From: Patescibacteria group bacterium
GTDB taxonomy: Bacteria > Patescibacteriota > Patescibacteriia > UBA9934
Assembly (NCBI GenBank): GCA_041659765.1
Contig: JBAZXR010000001.1
Coordinates: 531,338 to 595,337 of the forward strand
Length of the DNA stretch: 64,000 bases
Direction: 5' to 3'
The first letter of the stretch is position 1; each line of letters opens with the position of its first letter. This document shows positions 43,113 to 52,714 of this stretch, in pieces. Below the pieces are notes generated by a model. The model ran no database searches. It was not told the DNA's origin and worked only from the letters and a program-made list of their open reading frames with translations. The position numbers and the translations under genes are program-made.

Positions 43113-43623
43113 TAATCTTGAACGAGTCAAAGATCGACGAGATATCTTTCATCGGCTCTGCATAAACGTCCTGTCGGCCATCATACAAATACGACCATTC
43201 CTGACTATTCCTGGTGACTACTCCGCCGTAAAAAGCGCTTAAGGAGTTCTGACCGAGGAACGTATCCTCTGCGGGAATTGATTTGTGACCTTTATACTTA
43301 AGATCAACTTTTATCACGGCAAAAAGTGGCACCATGTCTGCCCCAAAACCAAAAGTTCTAACTTTTCCCGGCACATCAAAATCTGGTGGTCCGCTCTCGC
43401 CTACGTATCCACCAAAATCCTCGACGCTCTCCACACCAAACCAGCTATTGGGAAAGGTTAACGAATAACTCAGATCTCCCGTATATTCAAACGTGACCGG
43501 GCCTAACTCTGACTCGTCTGCCGGCATGGAGGTTTCTGTACTTGGCGACGGAGCGGTCGGTGAATTAGTGCAGCCCGCACCGAGAAGCGAGAGTACGAAG
43601 AGAGAAAAATAAATCTTTTTCAT
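43108..43623 (-). CDS. Hypothetical lipoprotein.
   Basis: Lipobox MKKIYFSLFVLSLLGAGCTNS. About 170 aa; function unknown. Confidence 0.6.
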   Translation of the reverse strand: MKKIYFSLFVLSLLGAGCTNSPTAPSPSTETSMPADESELGPVTFEYTGDLSYSLTFPNSWFGVESVEDFGGYVGESGPPDFDVPGKVRTFGFGADMVPLFAVIKVDLKYKGHKSIPAEDTFLGQNSLSAFYGGVVTRNSQEWSYLYDGRQDVYAEPMKDISSIFDSFKIK

Positions 43624-43675
43624 ATGCAAAGATGGTAGCACGACCAAGAGACGACAACTTATCCCCACGAACTTC

Positions 43676-43692
43676 TTGCGTTCGGTTCCTGT
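43676..43692. promoter_or_regulatory. Candidate LexA operator (CGAAC-N7-GTTCG inverted repeat) upstream of lexA.
   Basis: CGAACTTCTTGCGTTCG. The spacer differs from the canonical Cheo box (N4), so this is speculative. Confidence 0.25.
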
Positions 43693-43737
43693 TCGGCTAT
43701 GATCAAGACAAGACCGAACGTAATACAGACATAAACT

Positions 43738-44358
43738 ATGACCTCACTTCCCCCGCTGACCAAGAAGCAACGCGAAGTACTAGATTGCATTGAAGCTTTC
43801 GTACGGAAAAACAGCTACACGCCGTCGTACCGAGAGATCGCCGAGGAATTAGGTCTATCGTCCCCCGCCACGGTACATCAGCACATTCGCGCGCTGTGCG
43901 ATAAAGGCGTGATCAACACAGGAGAACATGGCATTGCGAGATCAATTGAAGTAGTCGAGACCGAACCATTGTCCCCAATGGCGATCATGCTGCCGCTCGC
44001 CGGACTCATCACCGCTGGCGAGCCGATCGAAGCCATAGAGACTCGAGAGACTATCTGCGTGCCGACAGACTTTGTACTGGATTCAATGAACTCGTATGTG
44101 CTCAAGGTCAAAGGCAGATCGATGATCGAGGATGGCATCTTTGACGGAGACTTTGTGGTCATTGAACGGAATCCTTCGCCAAAAAATGGAGACATCGTTG
44201 TAGCCTTGCTCGATAACGCTTTTGCCACACTCAAAAGATTCTACCGAGAAAAAGACCACATCCGCCTGCAGCCAGCCAACAGCACCATGAAGCCATTCAT
44301 CATCAAAGGTGACCTTAACATTCAGGGAGTCGTCCGCGCAGTACTGAGAAAGTTCTAA
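43738..44358 (+). CDS. lexA: LexA repressor (S24 peptidase).
   Basis: N-terminal wHTH (LTKKQREVLDCIEAFVRKNSYTPSYREIAEELGLSSPATVHQHIRAL), Ala-Gly cleavage site, Ser (KGRSMIEDGI) and Lys (ATLKRF) catalytic dyad. Confidence 0.9.
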   Translation: MTSLPPLTKKQREVLDCIEAFVRKNSYTPSYREIAEELGLSSPATVHQHIRALCDKGVINTGEHGIARSIEVVETEPLSPMAIMLPLAGLITAGEPIEAIETRETICVPTDFVLDSMNSYVLKVKGRSMIEDGIFDGDFVVIERNPSPKNGDIVVALLDNAFATLKRFYREKDHIRLQPANSTMKPFIIKGDLNIQGVVRAVLRKF

Positions 44359-44609
44359 TTCTACAACTTTATAACTTTACAACTCTAGAACTCCTCACTA
44401 TGTCCATATTAGCTCTTCGCCACATTCAAGTGGCGCCTGATTATCGCGTCTCAGTGGTGACTGTTCGTGACCGAAACAAACGCATTTCAAAACTCCGCAT
44501 TCATCGCCGTAAGATCAAACAACATTTCAGAACAATCCTAGCTCAGCTTTCTCTACCGAGAACGATCCATCTTCGTTACAAGCTTCGATAATTCCTAAAG
44601 GAGGACCAT

Positions 44610-44855
44610 ATGCACGAATATCTCAATGACCCAGTTGACGTAGACGTAGCGTTTGCGGGACGGAAAGTGCGACCAAGCAAAGTCACTTGGGGCAAGCGAG
44701 AGTATGCAGTTAATAAAGTAAATTTAGTTCACGGCGCTCGTGAGGGAGCAAAGCGGATATTCTATTTCTCCGTTTCGGACGCCGTTAACTTCATGAAGCT
44801 GAGACTTGATACAGAAACTTTAGAGTGGAGGCTGGTTGAGATGTATTCGTCGTAA
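44610..44855 (+). CDS. Small hypothetical protein (81 aa) between lexA and dinB; possibly a YolD-like accessory protein.
   Basis: SD AAAGGAGGA upstream; ends 2 nt before the dinB ATG. Confidence 0.5.
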   Translation: MHEYLNDPVDVDVAFAGRKVRPSKVTWGKREYAVNKVNLVHGAREGAKRIFYFSVSDAVNFMKLRLDTETLEWRLVEMYSS

Positions 44856-44857
44856 GT

Positions 44858-46132
44858 ATGCGTATCATCCTGCACGTCGACTTCAATTCATTCTTTGCGT
44901 CAGTCGAGCAGCAGGCCAACCCCTTTCTTCGAGGGAAACCGATTGCGGTTGCGGGAAAGGGACGGGAATCGATTGATGTGTCAGCGACTCATGCGGGACG
45001 GGCGAGGGTCGACATCGGGCAACTGAGATACACGAGAAGCGTGGTCACTACTGCCTCGCGCGAGGCGAAGAAACGGGGAGTTAAGACAGCCATGGCTACT
45101 TGGGAAGCCAGAAAGCTGTGCCCCGAACTTATCATCATTCCAGGCGATCCGCACAAATACAGTGTGATCACCGCACGACTGATGAAACTTCTTCGCTTAA
45201 CCGCCGACGCGGTAGAACAGTTCAGTACGGACGAGGCCTTTGCTGACATTACCGCAGCGAGCGGCGGGGACTACTTTGGCGCAACATTACTCGCCGAGCA
45301 GCTGCGATCCGATATTCGTCGAGATTGCGGCGAGTACTGCACGGCTTCAATTGGCATCGCACCAAATCGCCTAATAGCCAAACTAGCTTCTGAATCCCAT
45401 AAGCCGGATGGCCTCACGGTTGTCCGGCCAGAAGCCGTTCTTGATTTTATTGACTCACGTCCGCTTGGGGACTTTTGTGGCATTGGTTTTAAAATCGAAA
45501 AACATCTAAACATGCTCGGCGCGACTACCACAAAAACAATGCGCGAGCTTTCTTACGCCCAACTCCGTACCGAATTCAAAAGTTACGGTGATTTTTTGTA
45601 CGCCGCCGCTCGAGGCCTGGGCGATGATTCAGTTTTCAACGACACCGACGATCCTAAGTCCGTCGGTCACTCTTACACCTTCCCCACCAGCCTAGACAAT
45701 GACCGGGACGTCCGCCGGCATCTCCTCGCCCTCGCTGACCGGGTTTCCTGGCGCATGCGCAAACAAGGACTAGCTGGCACGCATGTCACCACCTACGCGA
45801 GATATGATGACATGGGCGGCGTGGGCTTTGGCAAACAATTTAAGGAACCAATGTTCGATGGGCTCGCTATTGCTAATACAGCGCTATCAATTCTGCTCCC
45901 AAACCTTTCAATCCCCCGAGGCATCAGGCTCCTCGGCGTCAGCGTAAGCGGACTCGTCAAGCTGGCCGGAGCCAACCCCCTCCTTCCAAGGGACATCAAA
46001 AACCGAAACGCGCTCATCTCGCTCGATAAAATATCGACTAAATATGGAGGTGGCACCTGGCAACGACTCTCAACCCTCGGCACTGTCTTCAAAGAACGCG
46101 TTAGCGGATGGCACTATGACCATGAAGTCTAA
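44858..46132 (+). CDS. dinB: Y-family DNA polymerase IV (DinB) with a roughly 25-aa insertion in the N-terminal region.
   Basis: MRIILHVDFNSFFASVEQQANPFLRGKPIAV..., catalytic D/E motifs (STDEAF), and little-finger domain conserved blocks. Confidence 0.85.
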   Translation: MRIILHVDFNSFFASVEQQANPFLRGKPIAVAGKGRESIDVSATHAGRARVDIGQLRYTRSVVTTASREAKKRGVKTAMATWEARKLCPELIIIPGDPHKYSVITARLMKLLRLTADAVEQFSTDEAFADITAASGGDYFGATLLAEQLRSDIRRDCGEYCTASIGIAPNRLIAKLASESHKPDGLTVVRPEAVLDFIDSRPLGDFCGIGFKIEKHLNMLGATTTKTMRELSYAQLRTEFKSYGDFLYAAARGLGDDSVFNDTDDPKSVGHSYTFPTSLDNDRDVRRHLLALADRVSWRMRKQGLAGTHVTTYARYDDMGGVGFGKQFKEPMFDGLAIANTALSILLPNLSIPRGIRLLGVSVSGLVKLAGANPLLPRDIKNRNALISLDKISTKYGGGTWQRLSTLGTVFKERVSGWHYDHEV

Positions 46133-47394
46133 CTGTCCACCTCTTCTTCAATCTCAAGTAGCCGATTGTATTTCGCGAGACGCTCCGAACGTGATGGCGC
46201 GCCAGTCTTAATGTATTCAGCGTTCACGGCAACGGCCAGATCGGCAATGGTCGTATCGGTCGTCTCCCCGGAACGGTGTGAGATAACCATTTTGTATTTT
46301 TGTTTCTGACCGTATTCGATGGTGTCGATCGTTTCCGAGAGCGTGCCGATCTGGTTAGGTTTGATAAGCACTGCGTTTGCGCAGTGTTCGGCCACCCCGC
46401 GTTTAACGCGTTCTATGTTAGTTACGAACAAGTCGTCACCGATCAAAAGAAGTTTATCGCCTAGTCGTTTGGTCAGCTTCTGCCAGCCGCTCCAAGCATC
46501 CTCCGCCAAACCGTCTTCAACAGACAACATGGGATACTTTTCCAGCCACTCTTCATACAAACCGATCATCTCATCTTCCGCCATCTTTCGCCGATCAGTA
46601 TTTAATATGTATCTGCCGGTTCGCTCGTCGAAAAACTCACTCGCGGCCACGTCAATTCCAAAGTGTATCTGTTTGCCTAGTTTGTAACCCGCAGCTTTAG
46701 TTGCTTTTACTAGGTACTCGAGCGCCGCTTCGGTCTTGCCAACGTCTGGAGCATATCCGCCCTCGTTCCCTACGTCTGTATCGAGTCCGTCTTTACGAAG
46801 AACATCGCCGAGAGCATGAAAGATCTCACTGCCAGCCTGAAGTTGCTTCGAGTATTTTTTAATGCCATCAGGCACAATAATAAACTCCTGCATGTCTAAG
46901 TTCGTATCCGCATGCCGTCCCCCGTTAAACACGTTCATGAGCGGAGTTGGAAGATTCCAAGTCTTGTGGTTAATACCAAATATTGCCCGCAGATGAACAT
47001 ATAACGGAGTGCCAGCTCGACGAGCTCCGGCGTGCACACAAGCCATCGATACACCAAGAATCGCGTTAGCACCCAGCTTGGCCTTGTTATCAGTCCCGTC
47101 AAGAACTCTCATTACATCGTCAATCTTCCGCACATCAAAAACGTCCATTCCACGAATAGCTTTTGCAATGGGACCGTTCACGTTATTCACGGCCTTCATG
47201 ACGCCAAGGCCTCGATACCGCTTCTTGTCGCCATCGCGGAGTTCAAGCGCCTCATGTACCCCCGTTGACGCACCCGAAGGAACCGAAGCCGATCCCCTCG
47301 TGCCATTTCTGAGCGTAACCGTAACGTTGACCGTCGGATTTCCACGGGAGTCCAGAATCTCATGAGCGTGAACCTCGGAAATCCTGTCTAACAT
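46129..47394 (-). CDS. eno: Enolase.
   Basis: ILDSRGNPTVNVTV...SVPSGASTGVHEALELRDGD. Confidence 0.95.
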   Translation of the reverse strand: MLDRISEVHAHEILDSRGNPTVNVTVTLRNGTRGSASVPSGASTGVHEALELRDGDKKRYRGLGVMKAVNNVNGPIAKAIRGMDVFDVRKIDDVMRVLDGTDNKAKLGANAILGVSMACVHAGARRAGTPLYVHLRAIFGINHKTWNLPTPLMNVFNGGRHADTNLDMQEFIIVPDGIKKYSKQLQAGSEIFHALGDVLRKDGLDTDVGNEGGYAPDVGKTEAALEYLVKATKAAGYKLGKQIHFGIDVAASEFFDERTGRYILNTDRRKMAEDEMIGLYEEWLEKYPMLSVEDGLAEDAWSGWQKLTKRLGDKLLLIGDDLFVTNIERVKRGVAEHCANAVLIKPNQIGTLSETIDTIEYGQKQKYKMVISHRSGETTDTTIADLAVAVNAEYIKTGAPSRSERLAKYNRLLEIEEEVDS

Positions 47395-47396
47395 AT

Positions 47397-48182
47397 TTAT
47401 TCGATGGCAAACTCGATCTGCACGGTCTTAGAAACCTCGGTCTGACCGGGCTGCAAACTAGGAGCCTCGCCAGCACCGCCCATGGCTTTCATACTATCAA
47501 AAGCGTAAGGATAGGGAGACGGTGAATTGTCATATTCTGAATAAGAAATTACGCCGCCAAGTCTAGCGTGCATAGCAGTTGCGATAGCCGCTGCCTGTTC
47601 ATAGGCTTTAGCGATGGCATTCTTACGAGCTTCCGCCTCTACCGCGGCCGGTTCCTCAACCGTATATCGTAAACCGCTGATGTTAGTCGCGCCGAGCGAC
47701 AAAACTTTAGCTAAAACGCTGCCGGCAATATCAGTATTACGAATTTTAACCGTCAGGGTCTCATTCGCGTCATAACCAACAACTCTGGCAGGAGAAACGT
47801 CATAGTCATAGGACGGATTAACGCTGTAATTGGAAGTTTGGATATCCTTAGCATCTACGCCGAGCGCTTTCACCGCTGCAATAATCGCGTTAGCCTTACT
47901 GGCGTTATCAAATCCCGCTTTATCCGGAGTGCTCGCCGTATTGCTCACACCCAGGTCTACCGTAGCCACGTCGGGAGCAACACTGGCTGTATCAGTCGCT
48001 GACACAGAAATAGATGGCGGCTGACGATCAGCAACTCCAATTCTATTTGTCTCAGCCAAGGACTTCCTAATCAGCACGCCCGTATACACAATTCCGTAGA
48101 CAAGAAAAATAGCGAGCAGAAGCGCAAACAATTTATTCTCACTCCACTGCGGCCAAAATCCGCCCGAAGATTCTTTAGGCAT
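47397..48182 (-). CDS. SIMPL/DUF541-family periplasmic protein with an N-terminal TM anchor.
   Basis: KANAIIAAVKALGVDAKDIQTSNYSVNPSYDYD pattern and the C-terminal SIMPL region. Confidence 0.55.
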   Translation of the reverse strand: MPKESSGGFWPQWSENKLFALLLAIFLVYGIVYTGVLIRKSLAETNRIGVADRQPPSISVSATDTASVAPDVATVDLGVSNTASTPDKAGFDNASKANAIIAAVKALGVDAKDIQTSNYSVNPSYDYDVSPARVVGYDANETLTVKIRNTDIAGSVLAKVLSLGATNISGLRYTVEEPAAVEAEARKNAIAKAYEQAAAIATAMHARLGGVISYSEYDNSPSPYPYAFDSMKAMGGAGEAPSLQPGQTEVSKTVQIEFAIE

Positions 48183-48235
48183 AAAACGTAAAGAAAAAAG
48201 TATTAAAGCGTAAAGTACTAAGTGAATAATACCAT

Positions 48236-49363
48236 CTATGCCTGGAGAGCTTCGAGTCCGGGGAGTTTTTCTCCAGACAGAAGGGCGAGCATAGCACCGC
48301 CACCCGTCGACACATGCGTGAAGCCCTTGAGGAGATCCAATGACTCAAGAAACTCGACGGTGTCTCCCCCGCCAACGATTGCAGTTTTTGGCAGAGCGTC
48401 ACCAATAGCTTTGGCAACAGCCTTAGTTCCCGCTCGAGCCCCAGGTTCTTCGATTATGCCCATCGGGCCATTCCAGAGGACGCTCATCGCGCCGGCAATT
48501 TTTAATGCATACAACTCAGTCGTCTTAGGGCCGATGTCGATCACGCGTGAAGCACCCTCTATGTGCAGGTCCTCGGGCAGAATAATTTTCTCCATGTATC
48601 TTCGTAACAGACTCTCCGCCGCCTTCACGTCTTCTACTTTCATGTCTTTCTTCACTTTCTCGGGAAGTGGTCTATCAAGCGCATGCAAGAGCGGCAAACA
48701 GAGCGCTCCGCCCACGAGAACGACATCCGCCGGCTCGGCCAGGTGTTCGACTAGCGGCAACTTCGTCGCAAGCTTGGCCCCGCCGAGCACAACGACGTAT
48801 GGATGACTGTGCTGCTTCTCGAGCGTCCTTACTTCACGAACAACGAGTTCGCCCGCAAAGCTCGGAAGCTCGCGGGTAATGGCGTCGACCGACGCATGCG
48901 CCCGATGACACACGCCAAAGGCGTTATTCACGTACACATCCGCCAAGCGCGCGAGGGATTTTGCGAAAGCAACGCTATTTTCTTCTTCGCCAGGATCAAA
49001 ACGTAGATTTTCGAGCATGAGAATCTCGCCTGCGTCAGCACCAAGCACCTCGCGCTCGACAGCCTGCCCGACGATACCAGATAACACGCGCACAGGCTTG
49101 CCAAGCTTCTCCGCGAGCAGTCTAGCAATGGGCACAACCGACAATTGATCGTCGACTTTTCCGCCGGGGTCGCCGAGATGCGTCGCCAAGATGATTCGGG
49201 CTCCATGCGCCCTAAGCTTCACAATCTCCGGAATCGTTTGTTGCAACCGCCCATACGCGCCATCCTTTGCCTGGCCTCGAACCACCGGGACATTACCGTC
49301 GATACGCAAAAAGACCCGCGTGCCTAATGTAATATCGGAAGATGTCCAAGTTCGGAGATGCAT
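48236..49363 (-). CDS. pgk: Phosphoglycerate kinase.
   Basis: FLRIDGNVPV..., ILATHLG and GGGDT motifs; 375 aa. Confidence 0.85.
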   Translation of the reverse strand: MHLRTWTSSDITLGTRVFLRIDGNVPVVRGQAKDGAYGRLQQTIPEIVKLRAHGARIILATHLGDPGGKVDDQLSVVPIARLLAEKLGKPVRVLSGIVGQAVEREVLGADAGEILMLENLRFDPGEEENSVAFAKSLARLADVYVNNAFGVCHRAHASVDAITRELPSFAGELVVREVRTLEKQHSHPYVVVLGGAKLATKLPLVEHLAEPADVVLVGGALCLPLLHALDRPLPEKVKKDMKVEDVKAAESLLRRYMEKIILPEDLHIEGASRVIDIGPKTTELYALKIAGAMSVLWNGPMGIIEEPGARAGTKAVAKAIGDALPKTAIVGGGDTVEFLESLDLLKGFTHVSTGGGAMLALLSGEKLPGLEALQA

Positions 49364-49365
49364 AA

Positions 49366-50628
49366 CTAATCATTCTTATTATACAAAACAATTCCTTTTA
49401 GCCATTTCCGCAGGGCGTATGGCCAAGGGAGGATAGAAAAGAAATAGCGGCCATCAACTAGCCGACGAAGATAAAAGGCTAGCGGGCCTTTAATAGAAAG
49501 GCCAAAGACGTAACCAACGCCGTATGTACCGCCAACGGCAATCAAAGAATCCCAACGCGCTCTAAAGGGATACGCCGTCATCGAACGACCGGTGAGTTGC
49601 GCAATAAGATTCTTAGCGATCCATTTCGCTTGAGCAACTCCGCTCTGCGCAGTCATTGGCTCGACTGAATTAGAAAGCGGATTCATAAGCGAAGCACAGT
49701 CCCCGGCGCAATAGACATTCTTCTTACCCTTCACGGCAAACATCGGATCAACCAGAATTCTGCCTTTTGGATCCAGTGGCAGACCCAGGCTCTTGATAAC
49801 AGAAACCGGCGCGACTCCCCCGCTCCAAATCGCCAAATCACAGGGATGAACCATGGCGTCACCCGCGGCATTCTTGAGCTCAATTACTTTCTGGTTAACA
49901 GACATAACCGCCAGATTGCACAGCACATTAACACCTAGTTTTTCTAAACGCTTCGTAGCTGCGCGCGTTAGCGAATCCGGAAAGGCCCCGAGCGGACATT
50001 TTCTATCGATCAATGACACTTTTACTGCGCCAGTTGCAAGCTCGCCACGTTCTATTTGTTTTCGAATAGACATCATGAACTCACCGGCAAATTCAACTCC
50101 GGTTGGTCCGGCGCCGATAATAGAAATGTTCTTTTGGTTAGCTGATGAAGCATCAACCAGCAAATCCCTAACCTGTCTCTCAATATCTACCGCATCAGAT
50201 GCAGATTTCAGCGGCGAACAATGTTCCGGCAAGCCGGGAATACCGAAATAATTAGACTCAGTTCCGAGCGCAATAATCAAAATGCTATAACGAACTGTTA
50301 AACCGTCAGCCAGAAATACTGAACGCGATCGAAAATCAACACCGGTAATCGCTTCCTGGCGAAAACGGACATCCTTGTATCCCGGGATCCCCACAAATGG
50401 CACGCTCGCCGAAGTGTAGAGCTGGCAACGGCCCTTCCGACCATCATTCCTCGACAAATAGCCTGAGCTCACCTCATACAGCCAGGGTGTATAGGTGTGC
50501 GACGAAGATTTATCGATCACAGTCACTTCACAAGACTTCCCAACCACCCCCGCTTTAACAAGTCTCCGCGCCAAAGTAAGGCCGACAAAGCCCCCGCCTA
50601 AAATAACAATATTCTCCTTCTGGCTCAT
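49366..50628 (-). CDS. Type II NADH dehydrogenase / FAD-dependent pyridine nucleotide-disulfide oxidoreductase.
   Basis: IVILGGGFVGLTLARRL (FAD GxGxxG), a second dinucleotide site ISIIGAGPTGVEFAGE and a hydrophobic C-terminus. Confidence 0.65.
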   Translation of the reverse strand: MSQKENIVILGGGFVGLTLARRLVKAGVVGKSCEVTVIDKSSSHTYTPWLYEVSSGYLSRNDGRKGRCQLYTSASVPFVGIPGYKDVRFRQEAITGVDFRSRSVFLADGLTVRYSILIIALGTESNYFGIPGLPEHCSPLKSASDAVDIERQVRDLLVDASSANQKNISIIGAGPTGVEFAGEFMMSIRKQIERGELATGAVKVSLIDRKCPLGAFPDSLTRAATKRLEKLGVNVLCNLAVMSVNQKVIELKNAAGDAMVHPCDLAIWSGGVAPVSVIKSLGLPLDPKGRILVDPMFAVKGKKNVYCAGDCASLMNPLSNSVEPMTAQSGVAQAKWIAKNLIAQLTGRSMTAYPFRARWDSLIAVGGTYGVGYVFGLSIKGPLAFYLRRLVDGRYFFSILPWPYALRKWLKGIVLYNKND

Positions 50629-50631
50629 ATG

Positions 50632-51039
50632 TTAGGAAAAGAGGAACTTAACGACCGCACTGGGGTTTTTAATGTTACGAAGAATCAAACCGTTGAGTCC
50701 GAAGGCGTTACCCAGACCGCCAGCAAGTCCCATAAGGGCCACACTCACTACTATAAGCTGTGGCCAGATGAGCATCTTCAGCATGGGGAGCGGCATAAGC
50801 ATAATATCGAGCACGATCAAGGCCAGGAGCACGACTAGGCTAGCGGGTCTCACAAGAAGTCCGGCGATGAATAGAACACCGATCACGAGCGCGAATGGTT
50901 CAAGCCAAAATAGAAACGTGGTGTGATAAGACATGACGAGTATAGCGCCGAAAGCTATGCGCAGAAGCACGAGCGCCGGCCCAAAAAGCTGTTCATTCGT
51001 TCCTGCTATGATTCGACCAAGCATTGTTTGCACTCTCAT
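50632..51039 (-). CDS. DoxX-family small membrane protein.
   Basis: Four predicted TM helices, 135 aa; DoxX-like. Confidence 0.45.
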   Translation of the reverse strand: MRVQTMLGRIIAGTNEQLFGPALVLLRIAFGAILVMSYHTTFLFWLEPFALVIGVLFIAGLLVRPASLVVLLALIVLDIMLMPLPMLKMLIWPQLIVVSVALMGLAGGLGNAFGLNGLILRNIKNPSAVVKFLFS

Positions 51040-51041
51040 AC

Positions 51042-52052
51042 TTAGAGTTTATGTGCGGCAGCCATGAGAACAACTTCAACCAGTCTGTTTGAATAGCCCC
51101 ACTCGTTGTCATACCAAGCGACGACTTTTACGAGGTTGCCAGCGACGACATTTGTGAGTTCGGCGTCGACGATTGCCGATCGAGAGTCGCCAACATAATC
51201 ACTCGAAACGAGCGGCTCAAAACTGACACCGAGAATGCCTTTGAATCTTGGCGTCTCGCTCGCCTTTACGAGCGCGTCATTCACTTCTTCAATAGTCACA
51301 TCGCGTTTGAGGACGAAGGTCATATCGGAAAGCGAGACCGTCGCGAGCGGGACACGAATAGATAGGCCGTCAAACTTTTCTTTAAGTACTGGAATAGTTT
51401 CGGTGACCGCAATAGCGGCACCGGTTGAAGTTGGCACCAGGTTCTCAGCCGCGGCTCGACCCTCCCGAAGATCCTTTCTCGGCGAATCAACAAGAGCCTG
51501 CGAGGCGGTGTAACCATGAACCGTGGTCATGATCGCTTTTTCTATGCCAAAGGCTTCCTCAATAACCGCTGTAACCGGAGCGACGCAATTAGTAGTGCAC
51601 GACGCATTATTGATCACGGCATGGCGATCAGTGGCTATGCCGTCACAATTCACGCCTCGAACATAAGTAGGCACATCTCCCCCCTTGGCTGGGGCCGACA
51701 AAACTACGCTCTTAGCGCCGGCCTTAATATGAGCCTCAGCTTTTTCCTGAGTAGTGAAAAAACCGGTTGATTCAATAACCACATCAATACCCAGTTTCTT
51801 CCAGGGCAACATGGCCGGATCTTTCTCGGCTAGTAACTCGACTTTCTTCCCGCCAATCACGAGCGAGTTGCCCTCAGCTACAACCTCCACGTCCCACAAA
51901 CCATAATTAGTATCGTGCTTCAGCAAGTAAGCCAAGGTCTTAGCGTCAGTTAAATCATTAATCGCCACAACATCGAATCCATTCTTACCCCAACCCACCT
52001 TCAGCGCGCTTCGACCGATTCGCCCAAAACCATTGATTGCAATTTTTGCCAT
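51042..52052 (-). CDS. gap: Glyceraldehyde-3-phosphate dehydrogenase.
   Basis: MAKIAINGFGRIGR...ASCTTNCVAPV. Start at the internal Met (cat at 52050..52052). Confidence 0.9.
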   Translation of the reverse strand: MAKIAINGFGRIGRSALKVGWGKNGFDVVAINDLTDAKTLAYLLKHDTNYGLWDVEVVAEGNSLVIGGKKVELLAEKDPAMLPWKKLGIDVVIESTGFFTTQEKAEAHIKAGAKSVVLSAPAKGGDVPTYVRGVNCDGIATDRHAVINNASCTTNCVAPVTAVIEEAFGIEKAIMTTVHGYTASQALVDSPRKDLREGRAAAENLVPTSTGAAIAVTETIPVLKEKFDGLSIRVPLATVSLSDMTFVLKRDVTIEEVNDALVKASETPRFKGILGVSFEPLVSSDYVGDSRSAIVDAELTNVVAGNLVKVVAWYDNEWGYSNRLVEVVLMAAAHKL

Positions 52053-52109
52053 AAAAAAGAAAAGCCTTCGGAGGTATTTTACCACGAAGGCTCTCTTTTT
52101 ATTCGTCAC

Positions 52110-52703
52110 TTATGCGCCCAACTGCATTCTCACGAAGCGGCCAATCTTCAGACTCTCGCCAATGGAGAGCACTTTGCTTTCCATGAGCTGCTGAACCGTC
52201 ATTGAATCGTCTTTCACGAAGGGCTGATCCATGAGACAGATTTCTGCGAAGTACTTGGCCAGTTTACCCTCAATGATCTTCTCGGCTACCTCAGCCGGCT
52301 TGCCTTCAGCGGCCAGCTGCTCCATGTAAATCGCCTTTTCGCGATCAACCGTTTCCTGCGGGACGTCCTCGCGTGAGCGATAGATTGGACCGGCAGCGGC
52401 GATATGCATAGCTAAGTCCTGACAAAGGGACTGGAACTGTTCAGTACGCGCCACGAAGTCCGTTTCGCACATAACTTCTACGAGTACTGAGAGCTTACCG
52501 TTGCCGTGCGTGTACGCATGGACGCGGCCTTCGCCCGTCACGCGATCAGATTTCTTGGCGGCCTTCATGGCTCCACTCTTGCGAAGTCCGTCAATGGCCT
52601 TTTCCATGTCACCGTCAGCCTCCGTGAGCGCTTTCTTGGCATCCATCATGCCTGCGCCCGTCATGTCGCGAAGTTTTGCGACGTCACCTGCGGTAAATGC
52701 CAT
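52110..52703 (-). CDS. tsf: Elongation factor Ts.
   Basis: VAKLRDMTGAGMMDAKKALTEADGDMEKAIDGLR...TDFVARTEQF. Confidence 0.9.
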   Translation of the reverse strand: MAFTAGDVAKLRDMTGAGMMDAKKALTEADGDMEKAIDGLRKSGAMKAAKKSDRVTGEGRVHAYTHGNGKLSVLVEVMCETDFVARTEQFQSLCQDLAMHIAAAGPIYRSREDVPQETVDREKAIYMEQLAAEGKPAEVAEKIIEGKLAKYFAEICLMDQPFVKDDSMTVQQLMESKVLSIGESLKIGRFVRMQLGA

Positions 52704-52714
52704 ATCTGTAGGGA

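Noticed and set aside
44463-44477. GTTCGTGACCGAAAC as a canonical Cheo-type LexA box
   Set aside because: Half-site orientation is reversed relative to CGAAC-N4-GTTCG and one arm is imperfect. Kept only as a noted inverted repeat within the SOS-cassette finding.
44400-44591. 63-aa basic ORF between lexA and the small dinB-associated ORF
   Set aside because: No RBS. The region more likely holds the promoter/operator for the downstream ORF and dinB.
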